Below the pieces are notes generated by a model. That model was not told the origin of the DNA. It ran no database searches and saw only the letters and a list, made by a program, of their open reading frames with translations. From Truepera sp. (GTDB lineage Bacteria; Deinococcota; Deinococci; Deinococcales; Trueperaceae): 64,000 nucleotides of DNA. Shown piece after piece: positions 10,188 through 19,965 of this stretch; position 1 is the first letter of the stretch, and every line of letters begins with the position of its first letter. The stretch lies in the NCBI GenBank assembly GCA_965218435.1, contig CBDCKW010000009.1, positions 2,208,001-2,272,000 on the forward strand, given 5' to 3'. The translations under genes and the position numbers were made by a program.

Positions 10188-10760
10188 ATGTCAGATACTA
10201 AGGCACCCCCGACCAACCGTAAAACTGAAAAAGCGCAGGGCGAACGGCGCGGGCTGGTGATTATCAATACGGGTCACGGCAAGGGCAAAACGACGGCGGC
10301 GCTGGGGCTGCTGCTACGTGCGCACGGGCGCGGCCTCAGAACGCGGCTGTTTCAATTTATCAAGCACGAAGGGGCCAAGTTCGGCGAACACCGCAGCTTA
10401 ACTGCGCTGGGCGTTCCGTTCGCGGGCCTCGGCGACGGCTTTTCGTGGCGCTCACAAGATTTGGATAAGAGTCAGGCGCTCGCCCTAGCCGGGTGGGAGG
10501 AGGCGAAAGCCGCCATTTTGAGCGGTGACTATGATCTAGTCGTGCTCGACGAGGTGACCTATCCGGTGTCATGGGGCTGGCTTGACGTAGATGACGTAGT
10601 AGAGACGCTAAAGGCGCGTCCGGAAAAGATGCACGTCGTTTTGACAGGCCGCGACGCTCACGAAAAACTCGTGGCCGCGGCGGATACCGTTACGGAGATG
10701 AAAAAGATCAAGCACGCCTTCGATGCGGATGTTCCGGCGCAGCGCGGTATCGAGCATTAG
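10188..10760 (+). CDS. cobO: Cob(I)yrinic acid diamide adenosyltransferase
   Basis: [26 protein letters not shown]...GIE. Confidence 0.95.
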   Translation: MSDTKAPPTNRKTEKAQGERRGLVIINTGHGKGKTTAALGLLLRAHGRGLRTRLFQFIKHEGAKFGEHRSLTALGVPFAGLGDGFSWRSQDLDKSQALALAGWEEAKAAILSGDYDLVVLDEVTYPVSWGWLDVDDVVETLKARPEKMHVVLTGRDAHEKLVAAADTVTEMKKIKHAFDADVPAQRGIEH

Positions 10761-10770
10761 AGTAGCTGAC

Positions 10771-11139
10771 ATGAACTTTCATCACCGTAAACTGCCCCAG
10801 TTATCTTCTACCTTCACGATTTTGTCGGGACATACGCCGCCGGACGAGGTAGGCTTTCGTTCGGAGCGGTTGCAGATTCTTTACAACCATACCGACGTCG
10901 CCTGGTCTGACGCCGGTTCGCACAAGCATACTGAGAGTGACGAGTGCTTCGTCGTGCTTAAAGGCAGCCTCGAGGTCGAGGTAGAGGGCGTCCGTCATAC
11001 GGTCAGTGAACGCGAGTTTTGCTGTTTCCCCGCCGGGGTTTATCACGCTGTGATCAAGGTACAGCCACCTGTCGAAACCCTGATGATTCGCGCACCCTCG
11101 GTGCAAGACAAGATTTACCGAGAGAGCCGCAGCCCATAA
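10771..11139 (+). CDS. Cupin-domain protein of unknown function
   Basis: HKH...DECFVVLKG...PAGVYH cupin metal-binding motif. Confidence 0.85.
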   Translation: MNFHHRKLPQLSSTFTILSGHTPPDEVGFRSERLQILYNHTDVAWSDAGSHKHTESDECFVVLKGSLEVEVEGVRHTVSEREFCCFPAGVYHAVIKVQPPVETLMIRAPSVQDKIYRESRSP

Positions 11140-12075
11140 ATGCGCTCCGTCCGTGCTGCACTTTTCAGCTTTGGGATAGACGCCTGCTTTGGTGAGCCCC
11201 CAACGCGGTTTCATCCGGTCGTCTGGATGGGGCAGTATTTGGGGCTGTATAAAAAGGTGCAGGGCTGGGGTTCTCCTCAACAAGTCCTTACCGGCGCGGG
11301 GTTCGTCCTCGTCGGTGCGGCGGTGTGCGGCGTGACGGCTTGGGGCGTGCAAAAGGGTTTAGGCCGTCTCCCCCGGCCTGCTCGAGTTATCGGCACCGCC
11401 CTCGTCCTTAAACCGCTCTTTAGTTTTTCTGCACTCTCACGAGCAGGTAACGCCGTAAAAGAGGCGCTCGAGGCCCAAAATTTACCCGAAGCGCGGCGGC
11501 TCTTGGCGTGGCACCTCGTCAGCCGTGACACCGCAGACCTTACGGCGGGTGAGGTGGCGGGCGCAGCTATCTCGTCGCTGGCGGAAAACCTGACCGACAG
11601 CATCGTTGCGCCGCTGGTTTATTTTGCGCTCTTCGGCCTACCCGGAGCGGCGGTTTACCGCTTGGTCAACACCGCCGACGCGGTGCTTGGCTACCGCACG
11701 CCGGAGCTGGAAGACTTCGGCAAAGTTGCGGCTCGCAGCGACGACGCGCTGAACTTCGTTCCGGTGCGGCTGACGGCTGTGCTCCTGCTCGGTGCCCTCA
11801 AGGTCGCCGGGTTACCGGCCCGTAAAAGCTGGAGCGTCATGCTTCAAGACCGTAAACGCACCCCGAGTCCGACCGGCGGTTTGACGATGGCGCTCGTAGC
11901 GGCAGGTCTCGGCGTCAACCTCACGAAGCGCGGCGTTTACACCCTGAACGACACGGGCCGCACGCCGACGGCTGCAGATATAGACCGTACAGGGCGGCTT
12001 ATCAAGCTGACTACCGTTTTAGGTTTCAGTCTTTATGCTTTCGCTGAAGGTTTAAGAGTGTTGCGCCGTGCCTAA
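11140..12075 (+). CDS. cbiB: Adenosylcobinamide-phosphate synthase
   Basis: GEPP..FHPVVWMG, VSRDT, SLAEN..D, YR.VNTADA..GY. Confidence 0.94.
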   Translation: MRSVRAALFSFGIDACFGEPPTRFHPVVWMGQYLGLYKKVQGWGSPQQVLTGAGFVLVGAAVCGVTAWGVQKGLGRLPRPARVIGTALVLKPLFSFSALSRAGNAVKEALEAQNLPEARRLLAWHLVSRDTADLTAGEVAGAAISSLAENLTDSIVAPLVYFALFGLPGAAVYRLVNTADAVLGYRTPELEDFGKVAARSDDALNFVPVRLTAVLLLGALKVAGLPARKSWSVMLQDRKRTPSPTGGLTMALVAAGLGVNLTKRGVYTLNDTGRTPTAADIDRTGRLIKLTTVLGFSLYAFAEGLRVLRRA

Positions 12076-13096
12076 ACCGGTTTTAGCTCTACCACCCTAC
12101 GCGGCGCACGGCGGGCCGGACGGGACGCCCGTAAACATTGACTTTAGCGTCAACAGCAACCCGTTCGGATCGCCGCCAGCCCTCTTAACGCAGCTCAGCA
12201 GGGTTGAGGTCTCGAGTTACCCCGACCCAAATTACCCGGAGGCGCGAACCGTAGCGGCGCAATATCACGGCGTCCCCTTAGAGCAAGTTGTGCTGGGCGG
12301 CGCAGCCGAACTGATCTACCGGTTGTCGGCGTGCTATCTAAAACCCGGCAGACGCGTGCTCGTCGCCTCCCCGAGTTTCGGCGAGTACACGCGGGCGGCG
12401 CACCTTTACGGCGCGGCGGTTTGTCACTGTGACGTTTATGAGCGAGACGTTGACCCGGCTGTAGACACCTTGATTATGGCAATTCAAGATATGAGACCGA
12501 CGCTGGTTTGGCTCTGTCAGCCGAACAATCCGACCGGTCACGCTTGGAGCGCGGGGGCTTTGGCTAGCGTGGCAGACACCTGTCAAGAGTGCGACGCGCT
12601 GCTCGTCATAGACGCGGCGTACCTCGAGCTGAGCATCGCCACCTCAGACCTGCCGGAAACTGCCACCGTACTTCTTCCGCTGACCAAAACCTTTGGGATT
12701 GCCGGTCTCCGCGCCGGTTACGCGCTCGCACCACCGGAGGTAGCCGAAACGCTCCGCCGCGCGGCTCCGCCGTGGCCGGTGAGCACGCCCGCCTCTGCTA
12801 CCGTTTATTGGTGCCGCACTGAAGGGCAAGCGTTCATAGAGAAAACAGTACCGGAACTGCTCGAGCTCCGCAGAACCTTTCAAACCGGTTTGCACACGTT
12901 GGGATTTAAGACTTGGGCGAGTACCTCGAGCTTTTTTCTGATAGATGTCGGGAATGCTGCCGAGTTTACGGCGAGGGCAAAAATGGCCAGGTTCCGGGTG
13001 CGGGACGGCTCGAGCTTCGGTCTGCCCGGTTGTATCCGCTTGGCCGCGCAGCGTAAGGCAGAAAACGAGGCATTTTTACGGTGGCTGGCGTGCTAG
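12068..13096 (+). CDS. cobD: Threonine-phosphate decarboxylase (PLP-dependent, Salmonella CobD-like)
   Basis: HGG, DFSVNSNP, PNNPTG, DAAY, LTK.FGIAGLR.GY; cob operon context. Confidence 0.82.
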   Translation: MPKPVLALPPYAAHGGPDGTPVNIDFSVNSNPFGSPPALLTQLSRVEVSSYPDPNYPEARTVAAQYHGVPLEQVVLGGAAELIYRLSACYLKPGRRVLVASPSFGEYTRAAHLYGAAVCHCDVYERDVDPAVDTLIMAIQDMRPTLVWLCQPNNPTGHAWSAGALASVADTCQECDALLVIDAAYLELSIATSDLPETATVLLPLTKTFGIAGLRAGYALAPPEVAETLRRAAPPWPVSTPASATVYWCRTEGQAFIEKTVPELLELRRTFQTGLHTLGFKTWASTSSFFLIDVGNAAEFTARAKMARFRVRDGSSFGLPGCIRLAAQRKAENEAFLRWLAC

Positions 13097-13109
13097 GGGT
13101 GTTGTCAAA

Positions 13110-13727
13110 ATGCTAGAGCTGTGGCTCGTGCGGCACGGCGAAACGGTGTGGAATTTGGAGGGGCGCGTGCAGGGGTACGGACAAGGTTACCAACAGGGCG
13201 GCGACCCGCCACTCTCGGAAATGGGTCGAGCACAAGCGCAAACGCTCGAGCCCAGGCTTAAGGGAACGTTTACAGCGGTCTACAGCTCCGGTTTACGGCG
13301 AACCACCGAGACGGCGCAGCTCGCGCTCCCTAGCGTAGAGGCCATTCCCGACGCACGTCTGTGCGAACTCAGTTTCGGCGCGTGGGAAGGCAAAACTTGG
13401 GCAGAAGTGGCGGAGACTGACCCCGACGCGCTGGCCGCTTGGTACGCCGATCCTTACGAGCACGCGCCGACAAAGGGCGAAAGGTACGCCGACCTCGAGA
13501 CTCGCGTCCAAACATGGCTGGGAACGTTGCCGAAGGCGGGCCGCGTGCTCGCTTTTACGCATGGTGGCCCTATCCGCGCGGTGCTTTACGGATTGACCGG
13601 TGTTCCGCAGGGGCGAGTGTGGCGGTTTGAGATCGGCCCGGCGAGCCTGACCAAACTCGTCTTGGGCGACGCGGGAGCTATCGTCAAAACGGTCGGAGAC
13701 GTAGCCCATTTAGAGGCGCTGATATAA
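13110..13727 (+). CDS. cobC: Histidine phosphatase, probable alpha-ribazole/adenosylcobalamin phosphatase
   Basis: RHGETVWN, FGAWEG, THGG; cob operon context. Confidence 0.8.
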   Translation: MLELWLVRHGETVWNLEGRVQGYGQGYQQGGDPPLSEMGRAQAQTLEPRLKGTFTAVYSSGLRRTTETAQLALPSVEAIPDARLCELSFGAWEGKTWAEVAETDPDALAAWYADPYEHAPTKGERYADLETRVQTWLGTLPKAGRVLAFTHGGPIRAVLYGLTGVPQGRVWRFEIGPASLTKLVLGDAGAIVKTVGDVAHLEALI

Positions 13728-15736
13728 TGGGCCGAGCTTTGATGGTGCAGGGGTGCAGCTCGAGCGCGGGCAAATCGTATCTGACGGCGGCCTTGTGCCG
13801 CATCTACGCGCGGCGCGGCGTCCGAGTGGCTCCCTTTAAGGCGCAGAACATGAGCAACAATGCGGGCGTGACTCCGGCAGGTTTAGAGATGGGCCGCGCC
13901 CAGCTGACGCAAGCTCGAGCGGCCCGCGTCACACCCGACGTGCGGATGAATCCGGTGCTCATCAAACCCGAGGGCAACACACGGTCGCAGGTCGTCGTGC
14001 TCGGTCGCCGTGACGACGCGGTGGCGCGGCTGCCCTGGACGGAACGTAAAACGGCGCTGTGGCCGGTCGTGCAGGCGTCCTTACACAGTCTCCTAGACGA
14101 GTTCGAGCTGGTCATCCTCGAGGGCGCAGGCAGCCCCGCCGAGGTCAACTTAAAAACGGGCGATATCGTCAATATGCGGGTGGCGCAGGAGGCTCAGGCC
14201 CGCGTCCTCCTCACCGCCGACATCGACCGGGGCGGCGCGTTCGCGCACCTTTTAGGCACCTGGGCGTGTTTGGAGCCGGACGAGCAAGATACTCTTTTAG
14301 GCTTTGTGCTCAACAAGTTTCGCGGTGACCCGGCGCTTTTGGGAGACGGAATGGGGTGGCTCGAGGCTCGCACCGCTGTGCCTACTCTCGGCGTGGTGCC
14401 GTATCTGCCACTCCCGTTACCGGAGGAGGACGCCCATACCCTTCAAGCCGGTGTAAACGCAAAACCCGGATTTAACGTCGCCGTCCTCAAGTTTCCTACG
14501 GTCTCCAACTTCGATGAGTTTGACGCGCTGGCGAACGAACCGGGGGTTTCGCTTCGCTGGACAGATAACCCCGCAGGGCTTTCCGGCGCAGGGCTGATTG
14601 TTTTGCCGGGGTCAAAACACGTTGCAGCGGACGCGGCGTGGCTGGAGCGTACCGGTCTGGCCGAAGCGGTGAAAACGCACGCAGGAGCAGGCACGCCGAT
14701 TTTAGGTGTTTGCGGCGGGTTGCAGCTGCTCGGTGAAACAGTTAGCGACCCGCACGGCCTCGAAGGAGGCGACGTGACAGGATTGGGACTGTTGGAGCTG
14801 GCGACAACCCTCGAGTCCGAAAAAGTGACGCGGCAGACTCGAGCCCAGCTATCAGACGGGACAAGCGTCTCCGGTTACGAGATTCATCATGGCCGCAGCC
14901 ACGCGTGGGGCGAAACGAAGCCGTACTTATCGGACGGACTCGGCTTTCGGCGGGGAACTGTTACGGGCGTTTACCTCCACGGACTTTTTGAAGATACTGC
15001 GTTCCGAACAGCGTTTCTCGGCATTTTAGGCGTTCAAAGCACCGATACTGACCGAGCCGAAGCGTTAGACAAAACGCTTGACGTACTGGCCGACCATGTA
15101 GCAGCGAATCTCGAGCTAGGCAAAATAGACGACGCCGTATTCGGATCACCGCGATCCCAACAGTCACCGCGCTCGCGCCTGATTCTGGTGACCGGCGGGG
15201 TGCGCTCGGGCAAATCGCGTTACGCCGAGGCGTTGGTCACGCACTGGTTAAGTTCAGGCGAGAACGCGCTTTACTTGGCGACGTTACATGCCGGAGACGA
15301 CGAGATGACGCGGCGTATTGCGGCGCACCGGGCGCAGCGGCCTGCTGGCTGGCGGACGCTCGAGACCCCTCTTGCTCCCGCAACTGCTATGCAAGAAAGT
15401 CCTGAAAGGGTTGTGCTCCTCGATTGCCTTTCTGGGCTCGTATCTAACGTGCTGCTCGAGCACGAAGCTAAAGGCGAAGAAACCGTTATTCAGATAGTTC
15501 TAGACGCCGTAACTGAACTCACTGAGGCTGCACGCAAGACCCAAAAAACCGTCGTCATCGTCACCAACGAAGTCGGGAGCGGCGTCGTTCCGGCGTATCC
15601 GCTGGGCCGCCTTTACCGCGACGCGTTAGGGCTCGCCAACGCGCACGTGGCAGCGGCGGCGGACGCGGTAGCCCTGTGCGTCGTCGGCTTGCCGCAAACC
15701 CTTAAAGGTTCACTGCCGGAGGTTTCACTTGACTGA
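13727..15736 (+). CDS. cobQ: Cobyric acid synthase CobQ fused to cobinamide kinase/guanylyltransferase CobU
   Basis: FKAQNMS, EGAGSPAE, GVCGG, GYEIH; C-terminal GGVRSGKS, RIAAH, VTNEVG, YRDALG. Confidence 0.95.
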   Translation: MGRALMVQGCSSSAGKSYLTAALCRIYARRGVRVAPFKAQNMSNNAGVTPAGLEMGRAQLTQARAARVTPDVRMNPVLIKPEGNTRSQVVVLGRRDDAVARLPWTERKTALWPVVQASLHSLLDEFELVILEGAGSPAEVNLKTGDIVNMRVAQEAQARVLLTADIDRGGAFAHLLGTWACLEPDEQDTLLGFVLNKFRGDPALLGDGMGWLEARTAVPTLGVVPYLPLPLPEEDAHTLQAGVNAKPGFNVAVLKFPTVSNFDEFDALANEPGVSLRWTDNPAGLSGAGLIVLPGSKHVAADAAWLERTGLAEAVKTHAGAGTPILGVCGGLQLLGETVSDPHGLEGGDVTGLGLLELATTLESEKVTRQTRAQLSDGTSVSGYEIHHGRSHAWGETKPYLSDGLGFRRGTVTGVYLHGLFEDTAFRTAFLGILGVQSTDTDRAEALDKTLDVLADHVAANLELGKIDDAVFGSPRSQQSPRSRLILVTGGVRSGKSRYAEALVTHWLSSGENALYLATLHAGDDEMTRRIAAHRAQRPAGWRTLETPLAPATAMQESPERVVLLDCLSGLVSNVLLEHEAKGEETVIQIVLDAVTELTEAARKTQKTVVIVTNEVGSGVVPAYPLGRLYRDALGLANAHVAAAADAVALCVVGLPQTLKGSLPEVSLD

Positions 15737-16769
15737 CTTTGACCAGACGATCTCACAGATTCAAAACGTAGACGTAGCAATCTACCAACGAGCGTTGGAA
15801 CGTCACGCTACCTTGACCAAACCACCGGGGAGTTTGGGGCGGCTCGAGCCCCTCGGCGCACGTCTCGCAGCGGTTCAGGGCACCGTCAAACCCGTCATCA
15901 GGAAAAAAGCCGTCGCGGTCTTTGCCGCCGACCACGGCGTTACGGCGTCGGGCGTGTCGGCCTATCCAAAAGAAGTGACCGCCGGGATGGTCCGCAACTT
16001 TCTCGCCGGGGGCGCAGCCATCAATGCCCTCGCCCGGAGCGCCGGGGCTGAGCTGCTCGTCATAGATGTCGGGGTAGACGCCGACTTTGAGCCACACCCA
16101 CGGCTTTGGGAGCGCAAAGTTGCACGCGGTACCCGGAATATGCTCGACAGTCCGGCGATGACCCGTGAGGAGGCCGCCGCCGCGCTTGACGTCGGACTCG
16201 TGGCCGCACAAACGCTCGTTTTACGGGGCGCTAATCTGTTAGCCGGGGGCGAAATGGGCATCGGCAATACGACCGCCGCCGCCGCTCTCACCGCGTTTTT
16301 TACCAAACGTACGGCGGTTGAGGTCACCGGGCGCGGTACAGGCGTTGACGACGCGGGTTTGGTGCATAAAGTCGGTGTGGTCGAAGCGGTCATCACGAAG
16401 CACCAAGACGCAAAACGTCCGTTAGACGCGCTCGCCTGTTTCGGCGGCTTTGAAATCGCGGCGCTGACCGGATTTTACCTGGGGGCGGCAGCGGCCCAAA
16501 CGCCGGTCGTGCTCGACGGCTTTATCTCTACGGCGGCGGCGCTCGTCGCGGTGGCGTTAGCGCCTGCCGTAAAAGATTATCTGTTCGCCTCGCATCTGTC
16601 AGAGGAGCGTGGACACCGGGTTCAACTCGAGTTTTTGGGGCTCGAGCCCCTCTTCGACCTAAACCTCAGGCTCGGTGAAGGCACAGGCGCAGTGCTGGCG
16701 TTCGGGCTGTTAGAGGGTGCGGCTGCGACCCTGACGGAGATGGCGACCTTTGCTGAAGCGTCCCTGTAG
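15729..16769 (+). CDS. cobT: Nicotinate-nucleotide-dimethylbenzimidazole phosphoribosyltransferase
   Basis: LTKPPGSLGRLE, ADHG, GEMGIGNTT, RLGEGTGA. Confidence 0.96.
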   Translation: MTDFDQTISQIQNVDVAIYQRALERHATLTKPPGSLGRLEPLGARLAAVQGTVKPVIRKKAVAVFAADHGVTASGVSAYPKEVTAGMVRNFLAGGAAINALARSAGAELLVIDVGVDADFEPHPRLWERKVARGTRNMLDSPAMTREEAAAALDVGLVAAQTLVLRGANLLAGGEMGIGNTTAAAALTAFFTKRTAVEVTGRGTGVDDAGLVHKVGVVEAVITKHQDAKRPLDALACFGGFEIAALTGFYLGAAAAQTPVVLDGFISTAAALVAVALAPAVKDYLFASHLSEERGHRVQLEFLGLEPLFDLNLRLGEGTGAVLAFGLLEGAAATLTEMATFAEASL

Positions 16770-16844
16770 CTGCTAAAAAAGAGCGCAGCGCACCCTAAGA
16801 ACTCTCAGCAAAAACTCTCAGCTGCGGGTGTTAAACTCAGGGCC

Positions 16845-17675
16845 ATGACGCCCTTAGACCCCTCAGCGCCGCTAGGCGTGTTCGATTCCGGCGTCGGCGG
16901 CTTGACGGTTCTCTCAGCACTCAGGGCACGTTTGCCCGCTGAAGACCTCCTCTACGTCGGGGACACGGCGCGGGTGCCGTACGGCTCCAAACCCTTAGGA
17001 ATGGTTCGTGCGTTTGCTTTAGAGATCAGCTGTTACCTCGTCTCGCACGGCGTCAAGGGCATCGTCATCGCGTGTAACACCGCGTCAGCGGCGAGCCTGC
17101 CCGACCTCGCGGCTGAACTGCCGGTACCGGTTTGGGGCGTGATCGAGCCGGGGGTCGAGGCGGCGCTCCGCGCGGCTCCGGGCGGGCGCGTCGGGGTGCT
17201 GGGCACGGTCGGTACGCTCCAGACGGGCGCGTATCAGGGGGGTCTAATTGCTGGCGGCTGCTCGGTGTGGGCCAAAGCCTGCCCGCTTTTTGTCCCCATC
17301 GTCGAAGAGGGCGTGTCGGACACCGCGATTGCCAGACTCGTCGCCGCGCACTATCTAGCGGACGCGCCGCCCTTAGATGCCGTGATTCTCGGGTGTACCC
17401 ACTACCCGGCGCTTAAACCCATCTTGGCTGAAACCTTGAAGGGTGCAGTGCTGATTGACTCCGCTGAGGCAACCGCCGTACGGGTCGCAGATGAGCTGAG
17501 GAGGCTCGAGCTGACTGCCATCCGGTCACGCCCCGGCACGGTGCAACATTTTGTCACCGGCGACTTGCCGAGCTACCGGCATACAGCGCAGCTTTTAGGT
17601 GGGCCGGACGGCCCGATGACCCGCACCGACCTTCGCCTAAACCCAACTGAAGTAGAGAGTTCGTTACCGTTATGA
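16845..17675 (+). CDS. murI: Glutamate racemase
   Basis: FDSGVGGLTV, ACNTAS, LGCTHYP. Confidence 0.96.
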   Translation: MTPLDPSAPLGVFDSGVGGLTVLSALRARLPAEDLLYVGDTARVPYGSKPLGMVRAFALEISCYLVSHGVKGIVIACNTASAASLPDLAAELPVPVWGVIEPGVEAALRAAPGGRVGVLGTVGTLQTGAYQGGLIAGGCSVWAKACPLFVPIVEEGVSDTAIARLVAAHYLADAPPLDAVILGCTHYPALKPILAETLKGAVLIDSAEATAVRVADELRRLELTAIRSRPGTVQHFVTGDLPSYRHTAQLLGGPDGPMTRTDLRLNPTEVESSLPL

Positions 17676-17737
17676 GACCCAACTTTGTGAAACCTGACTG
17701 TGTAAAACCTAACTTAGTGAGACCTGTGCTATGAGAC
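17672..17737 (+). repeat. Degenerate 15-bp tandem repeat (about 4 copies) and a possible 20-aa ORF
   Basis: atgagacccaacttt/gtgaaacctgactgt/gtaaaacctaactta/gtgagacctgtgcta. Confidence 0.65.
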
Positions 17738-17744
17738 GTCACGC

Positions 17745-18452
17745 GTGAGACAAGACAGAGAACCGCACGACCTCCGCCCGATTACCGTGACCCCCGGCTT
17801 TAACCGCTTTGCCGAGGGTTCGGCGCTGGTGCAGTGGGGGGAGACGCACGTGCTGGCGACTGTCACCATCGAAAATAAATTGCCGCCGCACCTGCGTAAC
17901 AAAAAGGTGCGCGAGGGCTGGCTCACTGCCGAGTACGCGATGCTGCCGCGCAGCACACCCGAACGGGTACAGCGCGAACGCCTCTACTCGGGGGGCCGGT
18001 CGCTCGAGATTCAGCGGCTGATCGGCCGCAGCTTGCGCGGCGTCGTGGACCTGTCGCTCTTTGTCGGCAAAACGCTTCTGATTGATGTAGACGTGCTGCA
18101 GGCCGACGGTGGCACCCGGTGCGCCGGGATTTTGGCAGGCTACGCCGCGCTGCATCACGCTGCCGACAAACTCATTAAGGCCGGGACGCTCGACGAGTGG
18201 CCTTTGACGCACGAAGTCGCGGCAGTCAGTGTCGGGCTGGTGAGGGGACAAACGCTCGTAGACCTCGAGTTCAGTGAAGATTCCGAAGCCGAGTTGGACC
18301 TTAACGTCGTCGCGACGGCCACCGGCGACCTGATCGAAGTGCAGGGCGGCGCGGAGGGCAAACCCGTCCCAGCTGAAACGTACGTGCAGCTCGTCGCGCA
18401 GGGCATCGGCGCGGTGCAGAGAGTATTAGAAACGGTGCGCGGTTCTCTGTGA
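17745..18452 (+). CDS. rph: Ribonuclease PH
   Basis: GWLTAEYAMLP, EIQRLIGRSLR, QADGGTRCA. Confidence 0.96.
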   Translation: MRQDREPHDLRPITVTPGFNRFAEGSALVQWGETHVLATVTIENKLPPHLRNKKVREGWLTAEYAMLPRSTPERVQRERLYSGGRSLEIQRLIGRSLRGVVDLSLFVGKTLLIDVDVLQADGGTRCAGILAGYAALHHAADKLIKAGTLDEWPLTHEVAAVSVGLVRGQTLVDLEFSEDSEAELDLNVVATATGDLIEVQGGAEGKPVPAETYVQLVAQGIGAVQRVLETVRGSL

Positions 18453-19090
18453 GTTTATCCGGGTTACCCCGCTTGGTTTTAGCGACACTCAACGAAGGCA
18501 AAGTGCGCGAGTTTCGCGCGGCCTTAGCCGGGACTGCCGACGTGGTTTCCGCGCGGGAGTTGGGCGTCGGCCCGTTCCCTGAAGAGACCGGCGACAACTA
18601 CGCGGCCAACGCGCTGACCAAAGCGTCGTTTGTGATGCAAAAGACCGGTTTGCCGAGCTTGGGCGACGATTCAGGGCTCGAGGTCGCCGCCTTAAACGGC
18701 GCACCCGGTCTCTACTCGGCGCGGTTCGGCGGCCTCAAGACCGACCAGGAACGAACGGCGCACCTGCTCGAGCAACTAAAAGGTGTATCAGAAGCGTCGC
18801 GCGGCGCACAGTTTGTCTGCGTGTTAGGTTTTGCTACCCCGGACGGGGACGCTGAAACCTTCGAAGGCCGCTGCGACGGCCGCATCACAGAAACCCCACA
18901 GGGCGGAGGCGGTCACGGCTACGACCCAGTTTTTTACAGCTCGGATTTAGGGCAAACCTTCGGTGAAGCCGGGAGTGAAGCTAAGGCTGAGGTCAGTCAC
19001 CGCGCCCGCGCGTTACAGAAATTCTCTAGCTGGCTCGAGAAGCGTAGCGCAGAACTAGGAGAAACAGATGACACGGCAAGCGATCTTTAA
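18449..19090 (+). CDS. rdgB: Non-canonical purine NTP pyrophosphatase
   Basis: N.GK..E, DDSGL, GYDPVF, SHRARA. Confidence 0.95.
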   Translation: MSLSGLPRLVLATLNEGKVREFRAALAGTADVVSARELGVGPFPEETGDNYAANALTKASFVMQKTGLPSLGDDSGLEVAALNGAPGLYSARFGGLKTDQERTAHLLEQLKGVSEASRGAQFVCVLGFATPDGDAETFEGRCDGRITETPQGGGGHGYDPVFYSSDLGQTFGEAGSEAKAEVSHRARALQKFSSWLEKRSAELGETDDTASDL

Positions 19091-19958
19091 GTGGGTCTTA
19101 ACGGGTTTGAGTATTCTTGCGCTAAGTGCGCCCGTAGCAGCGCAGATTACCTCACTGGAAAACCCTTTATCCCAAGACGCGCAGGCGGCCCTTACCGAAG
19201 CGCAAGGGGCCGCAAAAAAAGCTTTAGATACCTACAGCGATTACCGTCCTGACCAACCGCTCTTTCGTCAGGCTATCCGTTTAGGCCGCAAAGCGGTCAA
19301 CCTCGCCCCCGAAAACCCCGAAACCTTACGGTTTTTAGCTGAAGTGTACGGCGTCACCGGGTTTTACGGCCCTGCGTTCAGTATCTGGCAGAGATTTGTA
19401 GCTGCGGACGGCGTGCCGGACAGAGCGGCCCGCAGTCAAATTGCCAAAACCGGTACGCAAGACGGCTACGCGCGCTATAGCCAAGGCGATCTCACAGGGG
19501 CGCTCGCCGCCTACCGCACCGTGACCCGGCTCGTCCCCGACAACGTGCGGGCACAGCGTTGGACGGGGCGGATTTTGCTCGAGCAAAACAAACCCGGAGC
19601 CGCCCTCCCCTATTGGCAACGGGTCCAGAGCTTGAGACCGAATGACGCAGGCGCAGCGTATTTCGTCACGCTCGCCGAAGCCGGTGTCGAACACGGCTTA
19701 GACGCGGCTCGAGCTTTTTACGGTGGCGTCAGCGACTACGAAGCAGGTCGGCGTGAGGCCGCTGAACGCGAGTTTTCTCGAGCCACCGAGTTCAACCCCG
19801 GTTACGCCGCCGCATGGGGTTATCTGGGGCGCTTGGCGTTTGAAGCTAGAGACTTTAAGAAAGCCGAAATCGCGTACAGCCGAGCCAGCCAACTCGAGCC
19901 GAAAAATCAGACGTACCGCTACTTTTTGGAGCAGGCCAAAGCGCGTCAAAATCCTTGA
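19068..19958 (+). CDS. Exported TPR-repeat protein
   Basis: Signal peptide followed by TPR-like helical repeats. Confidence 0.85.
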   Translation: MTRQAIFKWVLTGLSILALSAPVAAQITSLENPLSQDAQAALTEAQGAAKKALDTYSDYRPDQPLFRQAIRLGRKAVNLAPENPETLRFLAEVYGVTGFYGPAFSIWQRFVAADGVPDRAARSQIAKTGTQDGYARYSQGDLTGALAAYRTVTRLVPDNVRAQRWTGRILLEQNKPGAALPYWQRVQSLRPNDAGAAYFVTLAEAGVEHGLDAARAFYGGVSDYEAGRREAAEREFSRATEFNPGYAAAWGYLGRLAFEARDFKKAEIAYSRASQLEPKNQTYRYFLEQAKARQNP

Positions 19959-19965
19959 CCATTGA

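Noticed and set aside
17672..17737. Repeat as a mini-CRISPR
   Set aside because: The units are 15 bp, tandem and degenerate, with no spacers or cas genes.
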